Below are positions 19,703 to 27,535 of a stretch of DNA of 64,000 nucleotides, piece after piece. The notes beneath the pieces are model-generated. The model did no database searches. It was not told where the DNA came from and saw only the letters and a program-made list of their open reading frames with translations. Source of the DNA: an uncultured Campylobacter sp. Its GTDB lineage: Bacteria; Campylobacterota; Campylobacteria; Campylobacterales; Campylobacteraceae. Position numbers and translations under genes: made by a program. The stretch is from positions 2,312 to 66,311 of the forward strand of contig NZ_CALIMW010000057.1 in assembly GCF_938045405.1 (NCBI RefSeq). Reading direction: 5' to 3'. Position 1 is the stretch's first letter, and each line of letters begins with the position of its first letter.

Positions 19703-20790
19703 TGAGTATAAAGATAGGCAAACACGAGATTGCGCACCCGATAATTCAAGGCGGCATGGGACTTGGTATCAGCTGGGACAAGCTAGCCGGCAATGTCAGC
19801 CTAAACGGCTGTCTAGGCGTCATTAGCTCGGTCGGCACCGGCTATTACGAAAATCTTAAATTTGCCAAAAAATCGCTCGATGGCAGACCATATCAAAGCG
19901 AGAATTTTTATAGCAAAGAGGCGCTTTTTGCGATAGTGCGAAACGCCCGTAAAATTTGCGGCAATGCGCCTTTGGGGATGAACGTAATGTGTGCGGCGAA
20001 CGACTACGAGCGCATCGTAAGGGATTCGTGCGAGGCGGGTATCGACATCATCATAAGCGGCGCGGGACTTCCTACCAATCTGCCGGAATTTACGGCAGAT
20101 TTCCCGAACGTCGCGCTCGTGCCCATCGTCTCCTCCGCCAAGGCTCTTAAGATCATCGCCAAACGCTGGAAGCAGCGCTACGACAGAATTCCCGACGCCG
20201 TAGTGCTGGAGGGTCCTCTTAGCGGCGGACATCAGGGCTTTACCTACGAGCAGTGCGGCGATCCGGCGTTTGCGCTGGATAATCTAATCCCGCAAGTAAA
20301 AGCGGAAATCTCGCAATGGGGCAGCTTCCCGCTATTTGTCGCAGGCGGAATTTGGGATAAAACCGACATCGATCGCGTGAAATCTTTGGGCGCGGACGGC
20401 GTGCAGATGGGTACGCGCTTCATCGGCACCTTTGAATGCGACGCCGCGGAGGAATTTAAGCAGGTGCTTCTTAATGCCAAAAAAGAGGACATCCGGCTTC
20501 TAAAATCGCCCGTAGGCTATCCCGCGCGAGGAATTCATACCAATCTGCAAGATATGATCGCCGCAGGCACGGCGCCTAAGATCCGCTGTATCAGCAACTG
20601 CGTAAGCCCATGCGAGCGCGGCAAAGGCGCTAACGCCGTAGGATACTGCATCGCCGACCGCCTAAGCGACGCATATCTGGGCAAAACGCAAAGCGGCCTG
20701 TTTTTCACCGGCGCGAACGGATGGCGATTAAACGAGATAATATCCGTGAAGGAATTGATAGAAAAACTTGTAAATGGCGAAGATAGTTAA
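19702..20790 (+). CDS. NAD(P)H-dependent flavin oxidoreductase of the nitronate monooxygenase / FabK family
   Basis: 362 aa. PIIQGGMG FMN-binding motif and TIM-barrel NMO fold. Start is coupled (ATGA) to the tyrS stop. Confidence 0.75.
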   Translation: MSIKIGKHEIAHPIIQGGMGLGISWDKLAGNVSLNGCLGVISSVGTGYYENLKFAKKSLDGRPYQSENFYSKEALFAIVRNARKICGNAPLGMNVMCAANDYERIVRDSCEAGIDIIISGAGLPTNLPEFTADFPNVALVPIVSSAKALKIIAKRWKQRYDRIPDAVVLEGPLSGGHQGFTYEQCGDPAFALDNLIPQVKAEISQWGSFPLFVAGGIWDKTDIDRVKSLGADGVQMGTRFIGTFECDAAEEFKQVLLNAKKEDIRLLKSPVGYPARGIHTNLQDMIAAGTAPKIRCISNCVSPCERGKGANAVGYCIADRLSDAYLGKTQSGLFFTGANGWRLNEIISVKELIEKLVNGEDS

Positions 20791-22612
20791 AATTTTTCTA
20801 ATCGCGGCTTTTAGCTGCGTATTGGCGTTTGGAGCTTCCAGCGAGGCGTTTTTTGCGAAATTCGACAAGGATTTCATCGTAGCGACGCCGAATTATAAGC
20901 GCTCGCTGCACAAGGAGCTAAAATCGCTCTACCAAGGCGCGTCCGATAAAGAAGTCCGCATCAAAGCGCTAAAGAGGCTGGTTTACAGCTCGAAAAATTT
21001 AGGGCTTGATTCCTCGCCTTATGAATCTGCGCTAGCCAAATTACAGGGCAAAGCAAGCGATAGCAGCACGCATTCTAAAAAACTCAAAGATGAAAACGCA
21101 AAAAATTCCAAAAGCTCGGACGAGAAAAACGCTTCAAATTTAGCGCATAGCCCCAAAGCCTCCGCCTCCAAAAATTCTAAAAATTCAAAATATTCCACTT
21201 CCAAAAATCTCAAAAATACGCGCGCGCCAGAAGAAGCCGATCTAAGCTCGCTATCTAGTGAGGATTTGGAATTTTTACGCTCCACTAGGCCCCGCGGCGC
21301 GGACGACGCAAAAAATTCAACAGACGATGCGCATAGCAGCGACTCAAGCGAAAATCCCGCAGGAGCCAACGACTCCTCGCAAGCGCAGAATTCAGCAGGT
21401 AGTACTGCGACCGAGCGATTAGATTCTGAGCTTCGCAAAAGCAGCGTAAAAAAATCCTCCTCCGATGCCAAACTCGCTTTAGCATCGCTGCGCGGCGATG
21501 GGGATGAGATCGTGCTTGAGTTTAACCGCGATCTAAAGCGCGGCGATTATAAAGATTTTACGATCGCAAGTAGCGATAATTTTCGCTTCGTGATTGATTT
21601 TAGCGCGCGGCAAAAGTCACAAAAAACGCGGCTTAAAGATAGCTTTGTTAGCGATGTACGCGTCTCGCAATACAACGACAAGACCGTGCGCATCGTACTT
21701 AGCGACCCGAAAGAATTTAACGCAAACGTTGAAATTAGCGGCAATATGATGATTTTAAGTACGGCTGAAGGCTTAAAAGCCGCAAAATCCGCGCGCGCAG
21801 AAAAAAACAAGGATCAAAAATCAGGGCGCAATCGCAGACGCGAGCAAGATAGCGAGCCGCAAATCAGCACGATAGATGATGCGCAAGGTGCCAAAACCGC
21901 GTCCGTGGCCGTCGGTAAAATTTACAAATCGACCAAGGGCAAGCTCATCGTAATTGATCCGGGTCACGGCGGCAGCGATTCGGGCGCGGTCGGAAACGGG
22001 CTGAAGGAAAAAAATGTCGTGCTAGCCACATCCAAAAAGCTCGGCGCATTGCTTCAGAAACGCGGCTATAAGGTGCTTTATACGCGCAGCACCGACGTTT
22101 TTATAAATTTAAGGTCGCGCACCGCTTTCGCCGCTAAAAAAAACGCCGATATGTTTATCTCGATCCACGCAAACGCCGCTCCTAACGCTAGCTCAGCACT
22201 TAAAATGAGCGGCGTGGAGACCTTTTTCTTAAGCCCGGCTAGAAGCGAGCGCAGCAAAAACGCCGCCGCGCTCGAAAACAGGGGCGATTTGGAGGATATG
22301 AATACCTTCTCGAAGCAGACCTTCCTAAATTTTTTAAACCGCGAGAAGATAATCTCTTCAAACAAGCTTGCCATCGATATTCAAAGCTATATGCTAAGCT
22401 CGGTCAAAAAGAGCTTCTCAAGCAGAGACGGAGGCGTGCGCGAGGCGCCATTTTGGGTGTTGGTGGGCGCTACGATGCCCGCGGTGCTCGTGGAGATGGG
22501 CTACATCACGCACCCGCAGGAGGGTAAAAATTTAGGCAAAAGCGCCTATCAGGACCGCATCGCCCAAGGCATCGCAAACGGCGTAGACGCGTACTTTCAG
22601 AAAAACAAGTGA
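20774..22612 (+). CDS. amiA: N-acetylmuramoyl-L-alanine amidase (AMIN domain + Amidase_3) with a long S/K/N-rich low-complexity linker
   Basis: 612 aa. Signal peptide, AMIN-like segment, then LIVIDPGHGGSDSGA ... ISIHANA Amidase_3 catalytic motifs. Position equals C. jejuni amiA. Confidence 0.85.
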   Translation: MAKIVKIFLIAAFSCVLAFGASSEAFFAKFDKDFIVATPNYKRSLHKELKSLYQGASDKEVRIKALKRLVYSSKNLGLDSSPYESALAKLQGKASDSSTHSKKLKDENAKNSKSSDEKNASNLAHSPKASASKNSKNSKYSTSKNLKNTRAPEEADLSSLSSEDLEFLRSTRPRGADDAKNSTDDAHSSDSSENPAGANDSSQAQNSAGSTATERLDSELRKSSVKKSSSDAKLALASLRGDGDEIVLEFNRDLKRGDYKDFTIASSDNFRFVIDFSARQKSQKTRLKDSFVSDVRVSQYNDKTVRIVLSDPKEFNANVEISGNMMILSTAEGLKAAKSARAEKNKDQKSGRNRRREQDSEPQISTIDDAQGAKTASVAVGKIYKSTKGKLIVIDPGHGGSDSGAVGNGLKEKNVVLATSKKLGALLQKRGYKVLYTRSTDVFINLRSRTAFAAKKNADMFISIHANAAPNASSALKMSGVETFFLSPARSERSKNAAALENRGDLEDMNTFSKQTFLNFLNREKIISSNKLAIDIQSYMLSSVKKSFSSRDGGVREAPFWVLVGATMPAVLVEMGYITHPQEGKNLGKSAYQDRIAQGIANGVDAYFQKNK

Positions 22613-22649
22613 TGAAATTTCACGCGCTGCGCTTTCTGAGAGCAGGATG

Positions 22650-23000
22650 AAATTTTATTTCGGCGCGAGATTTGCTCCGCGGATATAAGTTTGGTGAGCG
22701 GCACAGATCTTGCGATAAACAGAGCGCGGAGGCGGTAAATTTAAAATTTTAAAGCCCACAGCGCTAAATTTAAAGCAAAACGTGCGGCGTTTGCATGCAA
22801 AATTCGCTCGCATGCCAAATATTTACTACGGGCAGGTAAATTTTACGGAGCGTCTTGCGGCGCCACGAGCTAGGGATGTATACGGCTTAGGCGCGGAATT
22901 TTAACGCGGCTCGGCGTAAAATTTTAAAGCACGGACTTGACACCACTTGCTCAGCATAGTGCGACTGGCGGTAAAATTTACCGACAGAATCGCATTTAAG
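22650..23000. repeat. intergenic cluster of GC-block + RAAATTY repeat units
   Basis: Units include ggcggtaaatttaaaattttaaagcc, gctaaatttaaagc, gcatgcaaaattcgctcgcatgcc, gggcaggtaaattttacggagcg, ggcgcggaattttaacgcggc, cgtaaaattttaaagcacgg and ggcggtaaaatttaccgac. Confidence 0.7.
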
Positions 23001-23279
23001 CCGCGCGAAAATAGCGATTTTGTCGCACTAACGCAAGTCGTGTTTCAAACCGCATCCGCGCAATTAGGATTGCGTTTAAGTTATGAGTATGTGTATCGCT
23101 CAAGCCACGCTTAACGGCGCAGTGGCGTCCTGAAATTTCGCTCTATGTCCGCAGGACGCGCAATAATATTTGCGTAATGCTGCGAACGCGGCAATTACAG
23201 CGTGCCGATGCCTGCGCTCTATGTGCATTAAAGGTGCGGCTGAATCGTAAATTTAAAGATAAAATTTAAAAGGTCTGAA

Positions 23280-23999
23280 ATGAAAAAAATCGTATTTTTG
23301 ATCCTGCTTTTCGCAGCCGTTGCGCTCGCGCTTTATGTTACTTCGCGCGTAAATCCAAATCTTTTCGCCGAAATCAAAATCCTAGGCGCACTACTAAACG
23401 CCACGATTTTCGGCGTCGCGCTCATCGCCTTAGCGATCGGCGAAAAGGAGCTCGTGCGCTTTCCGTTTCTTACCGCCTCGCTACTGGCGCTGTTTTCGGG
23501 ACTGGTAGAGGGCGTGCTGCTCTTCGAAAACCGCTACTACATCGCGATCACGGCGGCAGCGTTCGTCGCCTTCGTCTTTTATCTGCAGATAAGGCACAAA
23601 AGATTTTCAAACAAAGCTTATAAAAATTCTGCGAACGAAGGCTCTAGAAATTTAGATGAGAGCGCAAATTTAAAAGACGCGGATTTCGGCGGCGCAAAAG
23701 AGGCGCAGGAGCTGCAAAATAAAAGCGCCGCGGCGGATGAAATTTTAAACTTTAAAAGCGGTGGCGAAATTTCAAATTCTCAAAGCGAGGATGAAATTTT
23801 AAATTCTAGTGGCGATCTCGGTGAAAATTTCGCGAGCGGCGCCGATGAAAATTCTACGCATCGCGCTGATGAAAATTCCGACGAAAATTTTAAAATTTTA
23901 AACGGCGGCGCGGGCGAAGGTAGCGCGGACGAAAATTCCGTGCAAAATTTCAATCAGGATGGTGAAAATTCCGCGCCCGGCGCAAGGCGCGATAGATGA
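23280..23999 (+). CDS. membrane protein with C-terminal acidic ENS/ENF/EIL low-complexity repeats, hypothetical
   Basis: 239 aa. About 4 TM helices, then about 120 aa of D/E/N/S repeats encoded by gatgaaaatt-type units. ATGA-coupled to the next ORF. Confidence 0.5.
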   Translation: MKKIVFLILLFAAVALALYVTSRVNPNLFAEIKILGALLNATIFGVALIALAIGEKELVRFPFLTASLLALFSGLVEGVLLFENRYYIAITAAAFVAFVFYLQIRHKRFSNKAYKNSANEGSRNLDESANLKDADFGGAKEAQELQNKSAAADEILNFKSGGEISNSQSEDEILNSSGDLGENFASGADENSTHRADENSDENFKILNGGAGEGSADENSVQNFNQDGENSAPGARRDR

Positions 24000-24322
24000 T
24001 CAAATCCGCGCTGATCGCGCTTGCAGTGATATTTTTGCTGCTTTTAAATTTAGCCAATCTCTTCGGCATGACACGCATAAGCGGGCCGGTGCCTGCGATG
24101 ATCTGGTTTGCGATCAGCTTCTGCGGGGTTTTTTACCTATACAAATTTTGCGGCGCAAAGCCCGTCGCGGCGCGGATCGGGATCTTTGCCGTAGCCTTCG
24201 TGGGCGGGTTTTTCACGAGCGTTTTGTACTACGGATTTTTTAATTCGCAAACTTTGGAATTTGCCTTTACATACGCCCTTTTCGCGGTGGTTTTTACGCT
24301 CGGTATCGGCGTGATTTTGTAG
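23996..24322 (+). CDS. small integral membrane protein, hypothetical
   Basis: 108 aa with 4 hydrophobic helices. Start overlaps the stop of the previous ORF. Confidence 0.5.
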   Translation: MIKSALIALAVIFLLLLNLANLFGMTRISGPVPAMIWFAISFCGVFYLYKFCGAKPVAARIGIFAVAFVGGFFTSVLYYGFFNSQTLEFAFTYALFAVVFTLGIGVIL

Positions 24323-24424
24323 CGAGTTTTAATTTAGCGCCTACTTCAAATTTCACCGCCGACTTAAAAACAAGTCCTGCGCGATTTTGTAGAATTTCAA
24401 AATTTATCCGTGCGAGAACCAAAT

Positions 24425-25531
24425 TTACATCCTTATCTTGTAGGTTTTGTAGTTATCCTTCATCCTAAACGTCAGCAAATTTTGCAAAATTCCAAAGAGG
24501 ATCATAAAGGTGATGAAGCTGCTACCGCCATAGCTGAAAAACGGCAGCGGCACGCCTACGACGGGCGCGAAACCCACCACCATCGAGATATTAACGCCCG
24601 TGTAGATGAAAATGAGCGAGGCAAGCGCGCTCGTAAAGACCCGTATCAGATAGTCGCTTTTAAAATCGTAGTTCAGGCTCAGCAGATGCAGTATCAGCAG
24701 CGCATACAGCGCGATCAGCGCGGCAGCCCCCACGAAGCCGAAGCGCTCGATCGTATAAGCGAAGATAAAATCGCTCGTCGCAATCGGCAAGAATTTAAAG
24801 TGCGTCTGCGTCGCTTCATCCTTATCCTTGCCGTAGATGCCGCCGTTTCCGATAGCGATGATCGCCTGCTTGACCTGGTAATTGGGCTCCTCGCTGATAA
24901 AATCGGCGATGCGCTTTTTTTGATAATCGTGCATGTTTTCGTACAAAATCGGCGAGCTGGCCACAAAAACGATGATCAGCGTAAGCCAAATTTTTTTATC
25001 CACGCCGATGATGAAAAGAATAGCAAATCCGGTCAAAAAAAGTATCGCGGCGGTGCCCAGATCGGGCTCTTTAGCGATCAAAACGAAAGGTAGAAGTATG
25101 TAAAAGCTAAGGCGCAAAAAATCCTTCAGCCCGTAGCCGTTTTTCGGCGGCGGATTTTTATGTATAAGATACATCAGCATCAGGATAAACGCGGGCTTCA
25201 TCACCTCGCTGGGCTGCAGCGTAAAATGCACGAAAGGGATCTCCAGCCAGCGCCTAGCTCCTAGCTTGCTAACGCCGAAAAAATCGACGCTGAGCAGCAA
25301 TATGATATTTGTCCAATAAAATATCGGAATCAGATATAAAAATTTGCGTATCGGAAAGAGAAAAAATAGAGTAAAAACGGCAAATCCTACGCCGAAATAA
25401 ACGACCTGTTTCGATGAGAGTACGTCGTTTGCCTCGCTTATTAAAACGTATGAAAAAACCACTATCGGCACGATCAAAAAAGGTTGAATGAAATCAAAAT
25501 ATGCTAAAATCTTTTTGTCAATTTTAAACAA
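24425..25531 (-). CDS. SEDS-family peptidoglycan glycosyltransferase (RodA/FtsW)
   Basis: 368 aa polytopic protein matching the FtsW/RodA/SpoVE family. C. jejuni mrdB occupies this position. Confidence 0.85.
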   Translation of the reverse strand: MFKIDKKILAYFDFIQPFLIVPIVVFSYVLISEANDVLSSKQVVYFGVGFAVFTLFFLFPIRKFLYLIPIFYWTNIILLLSVDFFGVSKLGARRWLEIPFVHFTLQPSEVMKPAFILMLMYLIHKNPPPKNGYGLKDFLRLSFYILLPFVLIAKEPDLGTAAILFLTGFAILFIIGVDKKIWLTLIIVFVASSPILYENMHDYQKKRIADFISEEPNYQVKQAIIAIGNGGIYGKDKDEATQTHFKFLPIATSDFIFAYTIERFGFVGAAALIALYALLILHLLSLNYDFKSDYLIRVFTSALASLIFIYTGVNISMVVGFAPVVGVPLPFFSYGGSSFITFMILFGILQNLLTFRMKDNYKTYKIRM

Positions 25532-25584
25532 CGCTTAATCCTAATTAAAATTTTGACGTAAGAATAGCCAAAAAAGGTATAAAT

Positions 25585-26937
25585 TTGGATAATCTAATAG
25601 CACAATGCAGCGAAAGGCTCGACGTTTTTTTAAGCTCGCAGCTTGGAATTTCGCGCAACCAAATATCAAGCCTGATCAAATCCGCAGCGGTCAGAGTGGA
25701 CGGCGCGGTGCAAACTAAGCCCGGCTACAAACTATCTGCAGGCGAGCTCGTGCACATCGACTACCCCGCGCCTGCGCCGCAGCAAACGAGCGCGGAGCGG
25801 CTGAATTTCGACGTTAAAATTTTATACGAGGACGATGATCTGCTCGTGGTAAATAAGCCCGCGGGCCTTACCGTCCACCCCGCCGCAAGCGTCAAAGAAC
25901 CCACGCTCGTGGACTGGCTCAAGTCTCGCGGCTATCTGCTTTCCACGCTCGGCGGCGAGCTTCGCGCAGGCATCGTGCACCGCCTTGATAAGCTTACCAG
26001 CGGCGCCCTGCTCGTCGCTAAAAACAACGCCGCGCATGCCGCGCTATCGGCACAGCTAAGCGATAAGAGCATGGGGCGGATATACCTCGCGCTCATCGAT
26101 CTGCCGCTGAAAGAACCCTGCGTGATCGAGCGCCCGATCGCTCGCAACCCAGCAAACCGCCTAAAAATGGGGATCGTACCCGGCGGGCGCAACGCAAAGA
26201 GCGCGTTTTATGAAATTCTAAGCGGCACAGAACTAACGGAGCTTCAAAACTCCGCCCAGAAGTGCGATGAAATTTTAAGTACGGGCGCGAGTACGGCTGC
26301 GGGCAAGAGCGCGGGCATGGATGAAATTTTAAACGACTATGCAGGCGCGGACAACGCGGACGAAATCTCAAATAGCTGCATGCAGAGCGCGGATAAAATT
26401 TCAATCCAAAGCGCAGATAAAATTCCAAGCAGCCGCGCGGGCAACGCAGGTAAAATTCCAAACAATCTCGTAGATAGCGCAGATAAAATTTTAACCGCCA
26501 AAATGAGCGCGGATCAAACCCGCACCGCCCGTCTCGCCGAGAATAAATTTTTAAATTTTAAAAATCCCGCTCAAAACTATAAGTTGCCGCCGATAAACCT
26601 AAAGAGCTTTAATCTCGTCGCGGCAAAGCTCTTCACGGGTCGCACGCATCAGATCCGCGTGCATTTAAGCTCGATAAATCGGCACATTTTGGGCGATCAT
26701 TTATACGGATTTAAGAGCGAAAACGCTAAAATTAGCAGGATTTTGCTCCATGCCTATTTGCTCTATTTCATCCATCCGCGAAGCGGCAAAGAGGTGAAAA
26801 TATGCGCGGGCTTGCCGAGCGAATTTCTAAATTTTACGACAAATCAAAAGGTAAAGGATGAAATTTATGAAAAAATTTTACCGACTAACGTTGAGCGCTA
26901 CTTTAGCGATATTAGCGGGTGGCTGCGCTATGTCTAG
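25585..26937 (+). CDS. rluD: 23S rRNA pseudouridine synthase, RluA/RluD family, with a ~125-aa in-frame low-complexity insertion
   Basis: S4 domain N-terminus. Catalytic HRLDKLTSG motif. C-terminal QIRVH motif. 450 aa versus about 300-330 aa typical. The insertion spans about aa 215-340 (nt ~26227-26605), made of DEIL/ADKI repeats. Confidence 0.85.
   Translation: MDNLIAQCSERLDVFLSSQLGISRNQISSLIKSAAVRVDGAVQTKPGYKLSAGELVHIDYPAPAPQQTSAERLNFDVKILYEDDDLLVVNKPAGLTVHPAASVKEPTLVDWLKSRGYLLSTLGGELRAGIVHRLDKLTSGALLVAKNNAAHAALSAQLSDKSMGRIYLALIDLPLKEPCVIERPIARNPANRLKMGIVPGGRNAKSAFYEILSGTELTELQNSAQKCDEILSTGASTAAGKSAGMDEILNDYAGADNADEISNSCMQSADKISIQSADKIPSSRAGNAGKIPNNLVDSADKILTAKMSADQTRTARLAENKFLNFKNPAQNYKLPPINLKSFNLVAAKLFTGRTHQIRVHLSSINRHILGDHLYGFKSENAKISRILLHAYLLYFIHPRSGKEVKICAGLPSEFLNFTTNQKVKDEIYEKILPTNVERYFSDISGWLRYV
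26227..26605 (+). repeat. in-frame ~27-33-bp periodic GCGSRGATAAAATTY repeats inside rluD
   Basis: Units such as gcgatgaaattttaagt, gcgcggataaaatttcaatcc, gcgcagataaaattccaagc, gcaggtaaaattccaaac and gcgcagataaaattttaacc. Confidence 0.8.
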
Positions 26938-27532
26938 CGCGCCTAGTGCAAGCGACGAGAGCCTGCCGCGCGTAGAGGGGATCAGGACGATCACGAGCGA
27001 CGATGAGATCGGGCTTGAGTGGCCTAGATACGACTCAAATACCGCCGTGTTGGGCTTTGTCGTCTACCGAGCACCTGCAAGCGGCGGCGAAGCCAAAAAG
27101 ATCGCCACCATCGCAGACCCATACTCCACTCACTACGTAGATACGAGGCTGCAGCCGGGCACTTCGTATAAATACACGGTGCGCACATACGGCGCCAAGG
27201 GCGTTTCGGCTCCTTCTCCGGTCGCTATCGCAAGCACCGCTAAGATGCTAGAGTCCGTGCCGTTTGCGCAGGCGATCTACGGGCTTCCGGGCCGCGTTAA
27301 GATCATCTGGCGCCCGCATCCGGATCTTCGCGTAAGCTCCTATCTAATCGAGCGCCGTCCTAAGGGAGGCGAGTCATGGAGCACGATTAAAGAGGTTCGC
27401 GGCAGACTTAGCGCTGAATATATCGACAATATCGATTACGGCGAAGGATACGAATACCGCATCACCGTCAAAACCGAAAACGGAGAGCTGTCCAAGCCTA
27501 GTGCAGTCATTGCCGCAGCGCAGGCAGAATAA
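26858..27532 (+). CDS. fibronectin type III domain lipoprotein (FlpA-like, two FN3 repeats)
   Basis: Lipobox LAGGC|A. Two FN3-like modules (YKYTVRTYGAKG, YEYRITVKTENGELSKPS). Syntenic with C. jejuni flpA, but shorter than the three-FN3, roughly 410-aa FlpA I recall from C. jejuni. The true start is probably the internal Met (MKKFYRL). Confidence 0.65.
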   Translation: MKFMKKFYRLTLSATLAILAGGCAMSSAPSASDESLPRVEGIRTITSDDEIGLEWPRYDSNTAVLGFVVYRAPASGGEAKKIATIADPYSTHYVDTRLQPGTSYKYTVRTYGAKGVSAPSPVAIASTAKMLESVPFAQAIYGLPGRVKIIWRPHPDLRVSSYLIERRPKGGESWSTIKEVRGRLSAEYIDNIDYGEGYEYRITVKTENGELSKPSAVIAAAQAE

Positions 27533-27535
27533 AGT

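Noticed and set aside
22613-23279. tmRNA, RNase P RNA, SRP RNA or tRNA in the long ORF-free block
   Set aside because: I could not find the conserved GGAAAGUCCGG (RNase P), GGGGCUGAUUCUGGAUUCGACG or UUCGAUUCC...CCA (tmRNA/tRNA) strings by eye. This needs an Infernal scan. No tRNA-like T-loop or acceptor motif was found anywhere in the window.
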